From NCBI GenBank assembly GCA_951406725.2, contig OX597831.1, positions 3,038,001 through 3,102,000 on the forward strand: a stretch of 64,000 nt of DNA, read 5' to 3'. Numbering within the stretch: the first letter of the stretch is position 1; every line of letters starts with the position of its first letter. Below, piece by piece: positions 27,091-40,880 of the stretch. The notes under the pieces were generated by a model. That model was not told the DNA's origin, searched no databases, and worked only from the letters and a program-made list of their open reading frames with translations. The DNA comes from Octopus vulgaris (lineage: Eukaryota). Made by a program: the position numbers and the translations under genes.

Positions 27091-27217
27091 TCCTATATTA
27101 AAAATAGTGGACTGTGGCTGGCGGAAATTTGGGTGCTACTTCCAGCATGTCGATCGTCAACACAGACACTGCCTCATTTATTTCTACCCTCATCATTGCT
27201 TTGTTGTTTGTTCCTTT

Positions 27218-27507
27218 TCAAGCCATGCCTGGCTCATAAGGACCGGTTTCCCGGTTTCCTTGGCGTATAGGTTCCCCACCGGGACGGGACGGGACGCCGG
27301 TCCGTCCTAAGTGGGATGCAAGATGCAGGAGGAAAGAGTGAAAATTGTGGCGAAAGAGTCAGCAGAAGTTCGCCATTACCTTCTGCCAGAGCAGCCAGGA
27401 GCTTAGGTGTTTCGCTCATAAACACACACATCGCCCGGTCTGAGATTCGAACCCGCGATCCCTCGACCGCGAGTCCGCTGCTCTAACCACTAGGCCATGT
27501 GCCTCCA
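27218..27507 (-). mobile_element. tRNA(Arg)-like SINE, family C' (alternative tail)
   Basis: Head ggaggcacatggcctagtggttagagcagcggactcgcgg. Tail gaaaccgggaaaccgg...gagccaggcatggct is shared with 38875-39090, 59075-59335 and 62400-62642. Confidence 0.85.
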
Positions 27508-27888
27508 CCTACATCATTAGAGAATCGAAAACTACCTTTGACTGTAGTCATTGAACAAAATAAACACATGATGAGGGTTTCAAATGAAAGGGTCGCTGCA
27601 TTTACAGTTTTACCCTGGTATAAAGGGTGCAGCTAAACTCGCTCACAAAATAAAGGGTCGAAAATTTGCATTTGTCTCAGTTGTTCTCGTTTATATTTTA
27701 CTTGTTTCGTTCATTGGACTACAGCCATGCTGGAGCACCGACTTGAAAGGTTTCAGTACTTTTTATTTTAAAACCTGTTACGTATTCTGTCTGCCATTTC
27801 CCTTCCCCCCACGAACTGCTAAGTTATTCGGATATAAACAAACCAGAACCGGTTGTTCGGCGCTGGTGAAGAACAAGCAACAAATCAG

Positions 27889-27952
<64 letters not shown>

Positions 27953-28709
27953 AGCCACACACACAGCCATACGATCACACAATACATACATACATACATA
28001 AATACATACACATATATCTATCTGTCTTTCACTGTTCTCCCCACACTCTCTCTCTCTCTCTTGACACACACACATACACACAAACACACACACTTTTTGT
28101 TTCTTCTTTTAGTTTTCTTCTACCAAACTCACTCACGAAGCATTGGTCCACCTGGGGCTATAGTAGATGACAGTTGCCCAAGATGCCACGCAGTGGGACT
28201 GAATCCGGAGCCATGTGGTTGAGACACAAACTTTTTACAACTTTGCTTGCTGATGTTTACTGTTAAATAAATACAAATAAAAAAACTGGTTATGTTTAAT
28301 GTAGCAATCACCGTATTATACTTAATGCAGGTACTTCACTGAAAGCCTAATTGAATGCTACATTCATCCCGACTTAGCGTCTCTTATAGACGTAGAGTGT
28401 TGAAAACAATAGTATATCAATGCCACATAAATATATCTTGCATAATGCGAATTTTCGTTCAGCCGGGCGGCTAATTGCTAAATCAGTGATTTTTCAGTCA
28501 TTCTTTTATTGTATCTGTAACGGCAGATTTTGTCGTAGCATGCCGTTGCCATTGGAAACTTGGTACTGACGAAGTGCAAAGAAGCAGAAATGTACGTTTA
28601 ATAGTAGCATTACCATCGTTACTGATATATTTTTGTTTTTTAACGCTGTGCGTCTATAAGATATCCTATTTCAGGACGAATATCGTAGTTACGTTTTGCA
28701 CGATGCATC

Positions 28710-28927
28710 TGCTTTCAGTACACACGCATACACACACACACACACACACACAGACACACACACACACACATACACACATACAAAGTACATACACGTGCGC
28801 GCACAAATACACATACACATACAAGCGTGAGTATCTAATGTGTACATATTACACATATACGTATACGCAACGATACTTGTGTGAATATATGTATAAATAT
28901 ACGAAGCTATCTGTACATTTCTATGCG

Positions 28928-28995
<68 letters not shown>

Positions 28996-29271
28996 ATTCC
29001 AGCATGTATCATCCAGCCAAAACACAATAACTTTACGAGTAACATAAATATACACTCAGATACTTTTCGGAAGGATACATACATACACACATACATTTAC
29101 ACACACACACACACACTTAGCTATATACATATACATATGTATATATATATATATACATATATATATGTGTATATATATATATATGTATACATATACATAT
29201 GTATATATATATGTATATATGTATACATATGTATATATGTATATATATATATGTATACATATGTATATATG

Positions 29272-29302
<31 letters not shown>

Positions 29303-29620
29303 TTTTACATATACATATGTATATATATATATATATATATTAGGCAGGTTAACTCGTGTATCTCCCTGCCCCATAAAAAAAACGTGTTAAAGCCTGTATA
29401 CACACACACACACACACACAGAGGTTTTTAGTGATATTCATAACGTGTGTGTATATATATATATGCCATTGAAGAACGTAAGTTGAGCGAGTACAAGATC
29501 AAGTTGAAAGTTTGCCATCATCGCATAGACATATTATTTTCAGGTATTTTCCATAGAACCTTTCTCTCTCTCTCTAATATAAAATATATAAATGTATATA
29601 TATGTATATGTATGTATATC

Positions 29621-29651
<31 letters not shown>

Positions 29652-29656
29652 TTATG

Positions 29657-29727
<71 letters not shown>

Positions 29728-29926
29728 ATGTATATGTATATATATATATATATGTGTGTATGTATGTATGTATGTATGTATGTATATGTATGTATATATA
29801 TATATGTATATGTGTATGTATGTATGTATGTATATGTATGTATATATATGTATATGTATGTATATGTATGTATATGTATGTATATGTATGTATATGTATG
29901 TATATATATGTATATGTATGTATATG

Positions 29927-29957
<31 letters not shown>

Positions 29958-30030
29958 GTATATGTATATGTGTATATATGTATATGTATATGTATGTATA
30001 TGTATGTATGTATATATATATATATATATG
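28710..30030. repeat. Compound CA/TG/TA/TATG microsatellite block
   Basis: Direct inspection. Confidence 0.95.
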
Positions 30031-31164
30031 CGTGCAGTCTGTCTGTCTGTCTCTCTTTCTCTGTCTCTGTCTCTCTCTATGTCTGTCTCTCTGTCTGTTT
30101 CTCTCTGCCTCCTTCCCTCTCTCACTTTCTCTCTCCCCCTCTCCTTTATCTGTTAAGTCCTATACAACACTGCACACATTCACCATAAACCAAACCATTC
30201 CGCTAACACGTCCAAACAACAAACACATCTAGTGTATCAAATCAAAACTGTTCGGCATCTGTAAAGCAACAAACTTCAGCGATATCACGAGAAAGAGAGA
30301 GAGAGAGAAAGAGAGAAAGAAAGAAGGAAGGAAAAACAGAGAGAGTGATAGAGAGAGAGAGAAAGAGAAAGAAAGTGAATGAGTGAGTAGGGGTGGGAGT
30401 GAGAGTGGAGGTTATTCGGTAAAGAAATTTTTGCTCTTGTAGCTTTTGCACTGACACAAACACACATACACACATACAGGAAGAGAAGAGAAGAGAAAAA
30501 CCAAAGAAAGGCGTGATGCACACGTTAATATACTGAATATTATAAGAGCGGCTTTAGATCAAGTCTTCTTGAGTCCGCACCTATGTAAGATCAGTGCGCT
30601 AGCCTCTGTCTCTGTGTGTGTGTGTGTGTCGAGGGTGTAGAGCTTGCAATAGAATCTTCAACGCCGTTGCTTTATGGCTAACTCAACAACAACAACAACC
30701 ATTTCGGTATGGTACACAGAATCTCGTCTTTTATTATTTCTTTGATCAGTTTTATTTCTGATATTCTTGTAGTTGTTGTTGTTGTTGCAACCGTTGTTGT
30801 TGTTGTTGTTGTTATTGGACTCCTTGTCAGTTAAGATCGATCGATCAAGCAGACATCTTTTTCTGATGATCAAAGATGTTCCAGCCGTGACGATCTCGTC
30901 TATTTTTTTGTTGTTTTTTTTTGTTTTTTGTTTTGCTATGTTGCTGCTACATTATTCAATGTGTCCTTTTTCTTAAACCGGGTGAATGAAATTTTAAAGA
31001 GATTTAACTGCTGTTTCTAGCTGCTCGAGCTATCACGAGTAGAGCCCCTCGTTTGGCTATTTGCAATGGCGATGATACACGGTGATGTTTCAGATCAAGT
31101 GCCGAAAACATAAATTCACGTATATATTACATACGCACACTCATACACATATACACACCTACAC

Positions 31165-31195
<31 letters not shown>

Positions 31196-31423
31196 CATGA
31201 AAAGACGATGTCATTCACTCTCTTTTTCAGCCTATCCTCATTATCTATGTCATGAGTGTAAGTTGTGTGAGTGAATGACCTCATGTACCAATATCAAAGG
31301 ATTGCTTTCTCCCCATACTAAATATATGCTGCTGAAATTGGGGTGCAACTAATCAGTCAGTGCGTCTTTTATCAAAAGTGTCTTGGTTTAAAAAAAATTT
31401 TTTTTTTTTTACTTAAGATGAGT

Positions 31424-31811
31424 GAATGTGGAATCACTCCGTCGGTTACGACGACGAGTGTTCTGGTTGATCCGATCAACGGAACAGCCTGCTCGTGAAA
31501 TTAACGTGCAAGTGGCTGAGCACTCCACAGACACGTGTACCCTTAACGTAGTTCTCGGGGATATTCAGCGTGACACAGAGAGTGACAAGGCCGGCCCTTT
31601 GAAATACAGGTACAACAGAAACAAGAAGTAAGAGTGAAAGAAAGTTGTGGTGAAAGAGTACAGCAGGGATCACCCCCCCCCCCCTGCCGGAGTCTCGTGG
31701 AGCTTTAGGTGTTTTCGCTCAATAAACACTCACAATGCCCGGTCTGGGAATCGAAACCGCGATCCTACGACCGCGAGTCCGCTGCCCTAACCACTGGGCC
31801 ATTGCGCCTCC
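31424..31811 (-). mobile_element. SINE family C (full length)
   Basis: Reverse complement of 4295-4671. 13-bp TSD acttaagatgagt at 31411 and 31812. Confidence 0.93.
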
Positions 31812-32157
31812 ACTTAAGATGAGTAATATGGGGTTTGTAAGTGAATGTGTGTGTGTGTGTGTGAGAGGCGGTCTAGGAGATATCTCGCTGTCATTACAGT
31901 CAGGTCAATCAACTGTGTAGAGTCCGTTTCGTTATCTAGTATTGGTGTAGCCACATGTCTGGTGGTGGTGGTTGAACATGATGTTGCAGCAGCAGTAGTA
32001 GTTCTTGTTCCTGCTGTTGTTGTTGTTGCTGCTGCTGTTACTGCTGCTGCTGCTCTCATTTATCTCCAATTCAGCCCTGGGCTAACAGGATTATGATCAA
32101 AAGGTGTGATCACCGCATATTTTCTTCCAAAATAGTGCACCGAAGATCATAAGAACT

Positions 32158-32554
32158 CATCATCATCATTGTTCGACCGTGGTCGAGACAATGGAATTTA
32201 CTATGTTACGCCAGACTTCACGGTCCATCATAGCATTACGGAGGTCCTGTTGCTGGATGTCTGTATCCCTGGAGATTACATCAGGGTAGGAGAGTGTGCG
32301 CCCTCTGGTGTTGCGAGTAGATGGCTTCCAGAGGAGAAGAGTAGAAATTACTTCTTTTTCAGCTCTACAACAATGTCCAGCAAACTGGACTCTCCTACCT
32401 TTCACGAGAGATGACACAGGTGGTAATTTCCCATATATTTGCATTTTGGTTGGATGGCGCTTCCACGAGAGATTTTGAGCTCTCATAAGGAGGCGAGTGT
32501 AGGTTCCATCCAACCGCCTCTCAAGCTTCTTTGATAACGTCCAGGTTTCTGAGC
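32158..32554 (-). mobile_element. 5'-truncated RTE-type LINE 3' end
   Basis: Open frame YGSETWTLSKKLERRLDGTYTRLLMRAQNLSW...FAGHCCR...MMDREVWR..., a (TGA)n tail, and a 10-bp TSD cataagaact at 32148 and 32555. Confidence 0.9.
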
Positions 32555-32715
32555 CATAAGAACTAGTATATACCCAACTCCCGTTTTTTTTTTCTTTTTA
32601 AAGTTAATACAAGTATAATTTGACTGCTCTTTCTAGTAGGCTATGTGCTCCTTTATGTCTCCCTTGCCGACTCAGTTCGCAATGGTTGTATGAGTTAGCG
32701 TTAATTAAGCAGAGG

Positions 32716-32924
32716 TACTCTTTACTCTTTACTCTTTTACTCTTTCATTTGACTGCGGCCATGCTGGAGCACCGCCTTTAGTCGAGCAAATCGACCCCGG
32801 GACTTATTCTTTGTAAGCCCAGTACTTATTCTATTGGTCTCTTTTGCCGAACCGCTAAGTGGCGGGGACGTAAACACACCAGCATCGGTTGTCAAGCAAT
32901 GTTAGGGGGACAAACACAGACACA

Positions 32925-32972
<48 letters not shown>

Positions 32973-33966
32973 CATATATACGACAGGCTTCTTTCAGTTT
33001 CCGTCTACCAAATCCACTCACAAGGCATTAGTCGGCCCAGGGCTATGGCAGCAGACACTTGCCCAAGATGCCACGCAGTGGGACTGAACCCGGAACCATG
33101 TGGTTGGTTAGCAAGCTACTTACCACACAGCCACTCGGAGTATTTTGCAAATATTCTTTTATTTGTTTCAATCATTTGACTGTGGCCATGCTAGAGCACC
33201 GACTTTGTAACCCTACTACTTATTCTATCGGTGTGTTTTGCCGAACCGCTAAGTTACAGGATGTAAACACACCAGCATCGGTTGTCAAGCGATGTGGTGG
33301 TGGCGGGGTACAAACACAGACGCACAAACATACTTCTTTCGGTTTCCGTCTACCAAATCCACTCACAAGGGTTTGGTCGGCCTGAGGCAAAAGTAGAAGA
33401 CACTTTGCCCAAGGTGCCATGCAGTGGGACTGAACCTGGAACCATGTGGTTGATAATGTTTATTGTAGCAAAAGTTGTGATGAATTAGTGTTGAGTCTTT
33501 TTGAGCTTTGTAGAGGGATCTGGATATCTTAAAGTATTTTACTTGTTTCAGTCATTAGACTGCGGCCATACTGGTGCACAGTCTTGAGAAATTTTCGTCG
33601 AACGAATCGACCCAATACAATTTTATTTCAAGCCTGATACATAGTCTTTCGATATCGCTTGGTACTTATTCTATCGATATCTACTGCCGAACTGCTAAGA
33701 TACGGAATCGTAAACACACCATCACCGGTTGTCTGGCGGTAGGGGTGGGGACACAAAAACAGCTACAAAGACATATACAAACATAAATATGTGTATATAC
33801 ATACGACGGGCTTTTTTCAGTTTCCGTTTACCAAATTCACTCACAAGGTTTTGGTCGGCCTGAGGCTATAGCAGAAGACACTTGCCCAAGGTGTTACGCC
33901 GTGGGACTGAACCCGGAACCTAGTGTTTCTGAAGCAAACTTCTTACCATACGGTCACGCCTGCGCA
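32716..33966 (-). mobile_element. Three co-oriented SINE A copies
   Basis: Copies at 32716-33136, 33155-33451 and 33537-33966 with increasing divergence. Confidence 0.88.
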
Positions 33967-34701
33967 TATAAGGCTGGTATGCATTGGTGACTGCTGGTCT
34001 TTCATAAATAACCTTGTCCGGACTTGTGCCTTGGTGGGGAACTTTTTAGGTGCAATACTATGGTCATTCGTGACTGAAGGGGGGCTTGACACATTTTTAC
34101 AAGGCGGCTAGCTGGCTCAGCAATATTTTGTCCGTCTTTACGTTCTGAGCTAAAATTCCGCCGAAGTCGACTTTGCCTTTGAGACTCGATAAAATAAGTA
34201 CCAATTGAACACTCTAATCGACTCCCCCACCCCTGGCCGAAATTGACGGCCATGTGTTAAAATTTTAAACCAATATTGCATCGTTAGTAAATTCATCGTC
34301 ATACTGTTTATTTCATTTTTTTTATCCAGACCGCAAATACACTGCTAAGCATTATTTAAAGTTTTTATTTGCTAAGTAAATACGTTTCGTTTCATTAAGA
34401 GCGAAAAAGAAATTAAAACACAAAAATTTATTAATATCAAATTTACTCAATATATAAATAGAAAAAAAATTAACCAAAGCTACTTTTAAAAATAGAATCA
34501 CACGCACAAACAAAAAATCTAAAATATAGCACCGTTTTAATTCAATAGAAGAAACATTCTAAAAGCGATAAATTAAAAGTAGAGTGGAATTCCAATTTAA
34601 TAACCCAATAGTTCGAAAGTTTGATATTCATTCATTAAGCATCTCCCTCTCCCCGCCTCTTCCTCTCCGCCTCTCTCTCTCTCTCACTCAATATATATAT
34701 A

Positions 34702-35535
34702 TCTATATATATAAAACTCAACTTGTGTGTCTGTGTGTGTATCTGTGTGTGCATGTGTGTTTAACTTCCCGGCACATCTCCTCCTAGCCAACAAATCGTA
34801 GAACCACCAAAAATGGGTCACTTAAAGTTTACGCGAATGAAAATTGAACTGCGCTATTTCTGTTCCGAAATTCATCTCGCAAGTGCAAAAATCGATAATG
34901 TGTTTGTTTAGGCCTTATTCCATGCATTGAATAGTGAACTTTACTCAGTCAGCTGTTTGACGTGAACTGTGTTCACCACACGTGCAAGCATACGTAAATT
35001 GCATGAAAAATAAAAAATCAAGATATAAAAACGAATCGCCGTAAACATTGTAGAAATTCGGCAAAGAAATGAATTTTCGGGATGTAGCCTGGAGGGTTTT
35101 TTCGTATTAATCGTTTGGACTTTGTGAACACATACCAATTGTTTTCATAACATTTTTAACGCTTTGAATTAAATGTGACCATTTTGCGTTGAGTCTGCAG
35201 TTTGAATCACTTTAACCAAATTTTAGCTGGCCGGATTTTTTATCATCACGATATATCGCCAGCGACTCCCTGAAACTCTCCCCTGAAATCCCCGTTGAGA
35301 AATACTGATCTAAAAGAATAATTCAGCAATGCAATTATTTGATCAACAAAAATTTATGAAACGCTTCTACGTACTTCCTATTGAGGAAATGGAACACATA
35401 ATCGCAAAAATAGAGGGCATTAAATGCTTGATTTTAAAACCAAAATAATTGAATTTTGATTGAACTTCATCCAAGTTTAGCTTAATTAGCGCATGCATAG
35501 AACGCACGAGCGCACGAGCCGGGCAATACTGCTAG
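34702..35535 (+). mobile_element. Non-autonomous Helitron
   Basis: a|TCtatatatataaaa start, GC-rich subterminal gcgcacgagccggg, end gcaatactgCTAG|t. Inserted between A and T in (TA)n with no TSD. Confidence 0.8.
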
Positions 35536-35637
<102 letters not shown>

Positions 35638-35656
35638 CATAGATATAGATATCGAT

Positions 35657-35695
<39 letters not shown>

Positions 35696-36254
35696 CGGTA
35701 TGTAAAGACCATTTACGGTATCTCTCCAAGAATTTGAACTGCAGTTTTTACCTCTGTAGAAATATAATGCTCTATGACTCACGTGGGTGGACAGGGAGAA
35801 TAATAGATCTCATTCGTATTTTTGGATTCGCTAGTACTGGGTGTCTGGCATGGTTTGTCCGATGTTACAGATATCGGACGGGTATGTTTGATTCTTAGTA
35901 TTTTCAAATCTAAATCAGAAGAAATCTCTGAGCTGATGAAGGAAAAGTGGCGTTTTACCCACAAATCCAGAAACAGACTGTCCTCGGGTATCGTATATGG
36001 ATGTGATCTTTCATTGTTTTTCCCTTATACCTATGTGAGTTATTTTTCTGAGTATGCATTGTCTGGAGACTTTTATTTGCAGTTGAAGAAATAGCCAAAT
36101 TTTTGGCTGCTATTTCTGAAAAGTTCGGTGTGTGGTAAAGTGAATTCTTCTACTTTACCATATTTTTATAAATTAATATATATATATATATATATATCAA
36201 TATGTGTGTAAATGTAGATATATTTAGAAACACATGTATGTGTGTATATATATA

Positions 36255-36943
36255 TCTATATATATATATAAAACTGAGAATGTGTGTCTGTCTGTCTGTG
36301 TGAATCCCTAAAACATATATATATATATATATATATACATGTATATATATAGCTGTATATGTATACGTGTATATGTATAGATGTATTTCTATAGATATAC
36401 ATGTATGTCTAGATGTATATATATATAGATGTACATGTAATATGTACACATATATATATTCATACATATATACACCCATACACACACACACCACATACAC
36501 ACACATACATAAGTGCAGGTGTGGCTGTGTGGTAACAAACTTGGTTCCAAAACACATGGTCCTCAGTTCAGTCCCACTGTGTGGTAACTTGGCATGTGTC
36601 TTCTGCTATAGCCTGAGACCAACCAAAGTCTGGTCAGTGGATTTTGTAGACAGAAACTGGAAGAAATCAATTGTATATATATGTATGTATATATGTAAGT
36701 CTATGTGTGTGTCTTCGTGCTTCACAACTGGTGTTCGTTTATTTACATCCCCATAACTTACTGGTTTCACAAGAAGAAACTGATACAATAAGTACCAGGC
36801 TTATCAAAATATAAAAAAGCACTACGAAGTGTCACATATTTTTGTTTGCGCACTCAGATGTATCTATCAATTTATCTTTGTGTGTGTGTGTGTGTGTGTG
36901 TGCATACATATATATATACATATATGTATACACACACACATAC

Positions 36944-37036
<93 letters not shown>

Positions 37037-37989
37037 ACATAGTTCTTGAACCGGTACTTCAAGTAACGACTAGGGTAGGGTAACTGACTGCTTATTGTGA
37101 TCATTCGTCTTTTGGTTTCCTGTAGCGTTGCTCTCATTTACAAACCCAGTGAACATACGTATATTTCCTATTTCAAAGAAATTCAAACAATAGATATAAG
37201 ACCCAAGTTAAAAAGATTTTCAACAATTCGCAGGAGTGGCTGCGCAGGAGTGGCTGTGTGGTAAGTAGCTTGCTAACCAACCACATGGTTCCGGGTTCAG
37301 TCCCACTGCGTGACATTTTGGGCAAGTGTCTTCTGCTATAGCCCCGGGCCGACCAATGCCTTGTGAGTGGATTTGGTAGACGGAAACTGAAAGAAGCCTG
37401 TCGTATATATGTATATATATATATATATGTGTGTTTGTGTGTCTGTGTTTGTCCCCCTAGCATTGCTTGACAACCGATGCTGGTGTGTTTACGTCTCCGT
37501 CACTTAGCGGTTCGGCAAAAGAGACTGTTAGAATAAGTACTGGGCTTACAAAGAATAAGTCCTGGGGTCGATTTGCTCGACTAAAGGCGGTGCTCCAGCA
37601 TGGCCGCAGTCAAATGACTGAAAGAAGTAAGAGTAAGAGTAAGAGTAAGAGTAATTCAACTTCTCTGGTTGACATTAAGATGCCCACCCCCAACAGGGGC
37701 CTTAACTCTCACATTTTAGAGCTCCGTGACATTCATTTTTTCGGAGCAAAATCTTTTTAACAGGTTCAATAACACTGGAATTTTGGAATATGCGCATAAA
37801 AATCAGTAGTATGGAATACATGTGGCACGATTACAAATTTTTTTGGGGTGTGTAAAGAGGGAAATAACCCTTATCTGCAATTTTGATGAAATTCGAAACA
37901 TAGATATTCCAGTTCATTACAGAAAACACAACAGAAAAGTCTAATTCTTCAATTGAATGTAACCGGGCAACGCCGGGTATCTCTGCTAA
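36255..37989 (+). mobile_element. Probable Helitron ends enclosing nested SINE A copies (36514-36810, 37229-37653)
   Basis: 5' tctatatatatatataaaactgagaatgtgtgtctg; 3' ccgggcaacgccgggtatctctgctaa. That the two ends belong to one element is inferred. Confidence 0.55.
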
Positions 37990-38626
37990 TGTGTATATAT
38001 ATATATATATATTCTATGATTCTTTTACTTGTTTCAGTCATTTGACCGCGGCCATGCTGGAGCACCGCCCTTAGTCGAACGAATCGATCCCAGGACTTAT
38101 TCTTTGTAAGCTTAGTACTTATTCTATCGGACTCTTTTTACCGAACCGCTAAGTTACGGGGGGGTGGGCGTAAATACACCAACATCGGTTGTCAAGCGGT
38201 GGTGGTGGTGGTGGTGGGACAAATACAAACATACATACATACATACATACATACATACATACATACATACATACACACACGCACATACACACATACACGT
38301 TAATATCGAATAGTGTGAACGAGTGCTCAACATCGCATTGTTGAATAAATATTCTTTATTTATGGATTATCAAGGTAACTAATGGTTTCACATACACACA
38401 GACGCACACACACGCGCGCGCGCACTCACATACTCACGCAGCGTAATATTAGTTATTGAATTTCCCAGGGGAAAGGAATTACATAATCAATTTCAATAGC
38501 TTCATTAGATGTTGCACAAGCACTCAGCTCTGAGTGTGATGCCTCCCATAGCAGAAACAGATGTAAGCTAATGAAGTTAATTATGTACGTATGTATGTAT
38601 GTATGTATGTATGTATGTATGTATGT

Positions 38627-40002
38627 ACTATTCTGTTTTTTTAAAAAAATTATTTAAATTCTTTCTTTGAAGAAGGAGATGGTTTCTAGCAAAGACAAAA
38701 AGCTCCATCATTGGAGTGTAGATAACGAAAACATTGTCACATTTTAAACTTGAGAAAAGTCTTGCATAGCCTTACTATTCCCCTTACAAATTATATTTGC
38801 AATGTGCGAGTCAGTTGGTTGATTTCTTTTTCTGAAAATGCAAGATTTTCCAGATTGACAGGCATTTACTAGTGATCAGAGCGGCAGACTCGCGGTCGAG
38901 GGATCGCTGGTTCGCATCTCAGACCGGGCGATATGTGTGTTTATGAGCTCCTCGCAGCACCGGCAGAAGGTAATGGCTGATTCTTCCGCTGACTCTTCCG
39001 CCACAATTTTCACGTCCATGTTGGGAACCTATACGCCAATGAAACCGGGAAACCGGCCCTTATGAACCAGGCATGGCTCGAGAAGGAACAAAACCAAGTG
39101 TTCCAATTATTATTGAAATAAATGTAAATTTGCAATCCAGATATAGGAGCTGGAGGTTTCGAAGCAGTTGTTTATAGTTATCTTCTTTCTCCTTGATTTT
39201 CTGAGAGATATTTGCATCAGCAGGACAGCCCACCTCAGTGATGGTACTTTTCCTTGTCTGTCCCAATCAGCAATATTCGGCTTGTTATGAAGCATAACGC
39301 TTGACAGATGTCCTCATGGAATATTCCACCAGCGTTCCTTATGCTGATATTTGTGTTTGTGCTCAATAGCGGGGGGATTCTCTATCTTTAATCCAGGACA
39401 GTCTTTTTTCCCAGATGCCATTGTATATTGCTTTTATATCGTCGTGTCGGATAGGTAAGTAGCACCTTGATGACATATTCCGGCTGCTGCTAATCACATG
39501 TAAGATGTCTTCCACAGAAACGACATAATTTACATTTTCGGTTGCATCCTGGGATCTCTACCTTTTTGACCGGCAGATTTAGAAAATAACCTTTTTGTAA
39601 CCAAGCACTTTCAAACTTCGGACACTGGTAGAATGTGTCATATAAGACAACTTTTACTCAGTGTTTTTGAGAAAAGTTTATGTTTACGAAGTTATTTCGT
39701 GTTAAAAATGTCGTACTTCGGTAATTTCAACCAATCAATGACGTGTATTCAGCTGAATAAAATTACTGCCGTTGTTTGTCAGCAACAACTACTGGCGGTG
39801 AATATTTCGTTTATCACTGTTATTTATGACTTCGTTCGTGCGTTTGTACTGGTTTTAGCTTAAAGGTTTTAGGTTTAGGGTTAGGGTTAGGATATACGAA
39901 GTTTGAAAGTGTTTAGTTACGAAAAATTATTTTCTAAATCTGCCGGTCAAAAGGTAAAGATCCTCATCCTGGAACTCCAAAGATTTCACTATCTCTTTTG
40001 TT
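38627..40002 (-). mobile_element. 5'-truncated R4/Dong-like (RLE) LINE, interrupted by a SINE C' and a MITE
   Basis: Minus strand gives a CCHC knuckle (CKLC..VEDILHVISS..RHD), RLE motifs (HNKPNI, TITEVGCP, KEKEDNY, IIIGTLG), the C-terminus LCKTFLKFKM* and a 3' UTR. (TATG)n lies on both sides. Confidence 0.82.
39552..39963. mobile_element. GGATC-terminated MITE with 8-bp TSD and internal TTAGGG repeats
   Basis: ggatctctacctttttgaccggcagatttagaaaataa ... ttattttctaaatctgccggtcaaaaggtaaagatcc. Flanks are gcatcctg / tcatcctg. Confidence 0.9.
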
Positions 40003-40076
40003 TATGTATGTATGTATGTATGTATGTATGTATGTATGTATGTATGTATGTATGTATGTATGTATGTATGTATGTA

Positions 40077-40880
40077 TTGCTACTGGTAACATGTAACCCA
40101 GTACAACCTGTTGCATGGTCGGGTCGTCGGCGACTAAACCGGCAACCCCACCAAGCTTGCTTGGTGAGGAGGGTGTTTATTGGACACCCTGCGGGATGAA
40201 AAACAAAACCCGTCAAAGGGCGGAGGAACTCTTGAGAGTCAACGGCCATCCAATAAATGTCTTAAGACTGTATCATGCGTGGGGACATAGAAATAATCGG
40301 ACTGAATACCCGATCACGCGGTTAAACCATTGGGAGCGAAGGACTCCTAGCCTTTGTTAGGGCATCCTTCTAGGAGAAGGTAACTCAGGTAACTGGGATA
40401 ACTCTGACATAAAACCTGCGGCTCAGTGGTTACCGATGATGTTGTTCTTATTTTCAGATTATGGCTGCTGTTGCTTAGTGAGTGGGATTGACTCAGTGCA
40501 CAGCCTTTTCTCACTTTAAAAAAAATCTTCTTGCACAGGCATTGCACGATAACAACATTGATTATGCTTCGTGCATGCATACATGCATGTATGTATGTAT
40601 GTATGCATGTATGTCAATCCTAGCGTAACTGGCAAGCTGTAAACCCAATAGAACTTATCGTCAGGCCGTCGGCGACTAAACTCGTAACCCTACCGAGCTC
40701 GCTTGGTGAGATGTGTGGTTTTCGTTGGACACCTGCTGGACGGGAAATAAAACCTGTCAGTGGGGACGAATGAACTCAGTAGAGTCAACGACCATCCAAC
40801 AGCTGGGAGTATGGGAGTACTCCTAGTCTTTATTTAATCATCTTTCTTGGAGGAGAAAATTCCGAAATAACACCTGCCTC
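40077..40880 (+). mobile_element. Two RTE 5'-UTR-like fragments in tandem
   Basis: Both copies (about 40077-40560 and 40620-40880) share gtcggcgactaaac...gcttggtgag...gagtcaacg.ccatccaa. Motif gggcatccttctaggagaaggtaactc resembles RTE 5' UTRs (recall). Confidence 0.55.

Noticed and set aside
27584-28222. 212-aa ORF
   Set aside because: It runs through a decayed SINE A and (CA)n.
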